A stretch of DNA of 64,000 nt from Felis catus. Lineage: Eukaryota. Positions 62,364-64,000 of this stretch are shown here, one piece after another (within the stretch, counting starts at the first letter, position 1; each line of letters starts with the position of its first letter). The notes beneath the pieces are model-generated. The model was not told the DNA's origin. It worked only from the letters and a program-made list of their open reading frames with translations, and ran no database searches. The stretch lies in the NCBI RefSeq assembly GCF_018350175.1, contig NC_058368.1:161202001-161266000 (forward strand), written 5' to 3'. Position numbers and translations under genes: made by a program.

Positions 62364-62561
62364 GGGGTCCCTGGGTGTCTCAGTGGGCTAAGAGTCTGAC
62401 TTCGGCTCAGGTCATGATCTCACAGTTTGTGAGTTTGAGACCTGCATCAGGCTCTCTGATGTCAGCACAGAGCCCTCTTTGGATCCTCTGTCATCCCCTC
62501 TCTCTGCCCCTCCCCTATTCATTCTCTATTTCTCTCTTAAAATAAATAAATGGACTTTAAA
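62364..62561 (+). mobile_element. CAN-SINE
   Basis: TSD aaaaatagc(a/t)acag. Confidence 0.96.
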
Positions 62562-63264
62562 AAAATAGCTACAGGTGTTTATTAATATTATTCTAGAATA
62601 AAGTTTAATTGCACAAAAATGTAAATAAATGGTAAGGTTGGCAGGAAATAAGTTCAGAGTTGTAAGGCTGTTAAACTGTTCTTTTTTTTCCACTTTGATC
62701 TTACGTTATATGTAAATGATAGAGCATTTTGATGGTGGTGGAGCATTATGTAAATAATAAAAAGAAAATATCTTCAGATATAAGTTGTTCTAAAATAGAT
62801 AAATTTTGTGAGTGGAAAAATTCTTACTATTTTTATAGTGTCGCTTCCTTGCCTTCAAAAATTTGTAATTGGAAATAATTTGTGATTGGAAATAACGGCA
62901 AATCTCATTTAATATATTAATTACAGTGAAGGTGGATACTTTTTTTTTAAAGCTACAAAAGCATTTTGGTTTTATTTTAATTAACATAATCAATATTCAG
63001 TGATATCTCCACAATTTCTCTATCCAAAATGAGTGGATAACATTCTGGTTGGAAGTTGAAGATTAAGGGATTTATCTATAATCTACTATTGTGTCGTAAA
63101 CAACTGTTTTTACCTGGTTGATATATTTATTGGGGTGATTTCTGAGAGAAATTAATGGTGAAAGTGTTAAATAAAGCCCCACAACCCAGCCACTTTTCAT
63201 TCTATTATTTCTTAGAGTCTCAGGGCTACCAATCACTGAGCAGCCTAGTGCTACCAATTACTGT

Positions 63265-63990
63265 TGGGAAGTTTGTTAGCTGCTGAGGGAACATAAAATA
63301 AAAGAGACCTATCACTGCTCTTCAAACACCATAACCATGTGTGGAGGGTGTTGGTGAGAGTAGGTATGTAAGTGAATAATTTCATTAAAATGTAACAGGT
63401 GCGAAAAAGAGGGGAGCTAAGTTCAACATGGTGATTCCAGAAAGCCTTATGAATGAGGGGATGCTTTGATTAATCCCAAAGGGTTAGTCAAAGAATCTTT
63501 AAAAAGATATCCCAAGTAAAAGAAAAAACACAGGTACATCTACAGGTACAAAACGGTATGGTCTGTGAAAACAAACAAAGTAATTCTGTAAACTTTATGT
63601 TATCAGACTGCAGAAGAGAGAGGAAGAAATGTCTAGAGCTTTTGATATAAGGTAGGACGCAGCTCATACAAGGTCTTACATGCCAAACTAACTGATAATA
63701 AGGATATTTTGGAAAGCAAGATATTTTGGAAGTTTTAACCTGGAGTGTGATGGTCTGATGTCTGGTTTAGATGGGTGACTATACTGATGGAAGGCATTTG
63801 CACCTTCCATGAAAGCAAGTTGGATAAGAACACTAAAAGGAGGAATTCAGGGTACCAAAGCTGTCAGGGATAAAATTTGATTTGGAGAGATTTTCCTGGT
63901 AAAGTGATGATGAAGGTGTTGATAGTATGGAGAAAAATTGGGGGAGTGAAGTGTAGCAGAGATGAGGAAGTGAATTATGCAGATTCACTG
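63265..63990 (-). mobile_element. L2 LINE fragment
   Basis: Purine-rich antisense L2-like sequence such as ttttggaagttttaacctggagtgtgatggtctgatgtctggtttag. Confidence 0.55.
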
Positions 63991-64000
63991 TTAGGTGCCT

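Noticed and set aside
4058..62561. tRNA-like A/B-box heads and many similar short ORFs such as 'SLEPASDSVSPSLS'
   Set aside because: These are CAN-SINE bodies, not tRNA genes or a protein family.
1..64000. CRISPR array, prokaryotic operon or defence system
   Set aside because: The sequence is mammalian repeat-rich DNA; the direct repeats are TSDs or tandem duplications, with no regularly spaced repeat-spacer array.

Overview
AT-rich mammalian genomic DNA from a carnivoran, most likely a felid: it carries 25 tRNA-derived CAN-SINEs of the feline type and a feline-type L1. No host protein-coding gene, rRNA, tRNA or CRISPR array can be supported. The window reads as intergenic DNA or a long intron, built largely from transposable elements. 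These include an ERV-L 5' LTR with a gag remnant (1-2263), several solo LTRs, old L1M, L2 and MIR fragments, and two Tigger DNA transposons. A full-length but inactivated L1 lies at 30905-37015 (minus strand, 11-bp TSD, SINE inside ORF1, RT motif FADD changed to FADE). The recognisable ORFs in the supplied track come from these repeats; the rest look like chance ORFs in AT-rich or low-complexity DNA. I found no convincing novel biological system. The most interesting signals are an unexplained degenerate ~170-bp palindrome at 54.7-54.9 kb, two head-to-head SINE pairs each centred on a palindromic L1-endonuclease site, a four-level nested TE stack, a poly(A)-only retroposition scar, and a few candidate non-coding exons or recursive splice motifs. 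Repeat family names come from recalled consensus features, not a database search, and boundaries of old elements are approximate.
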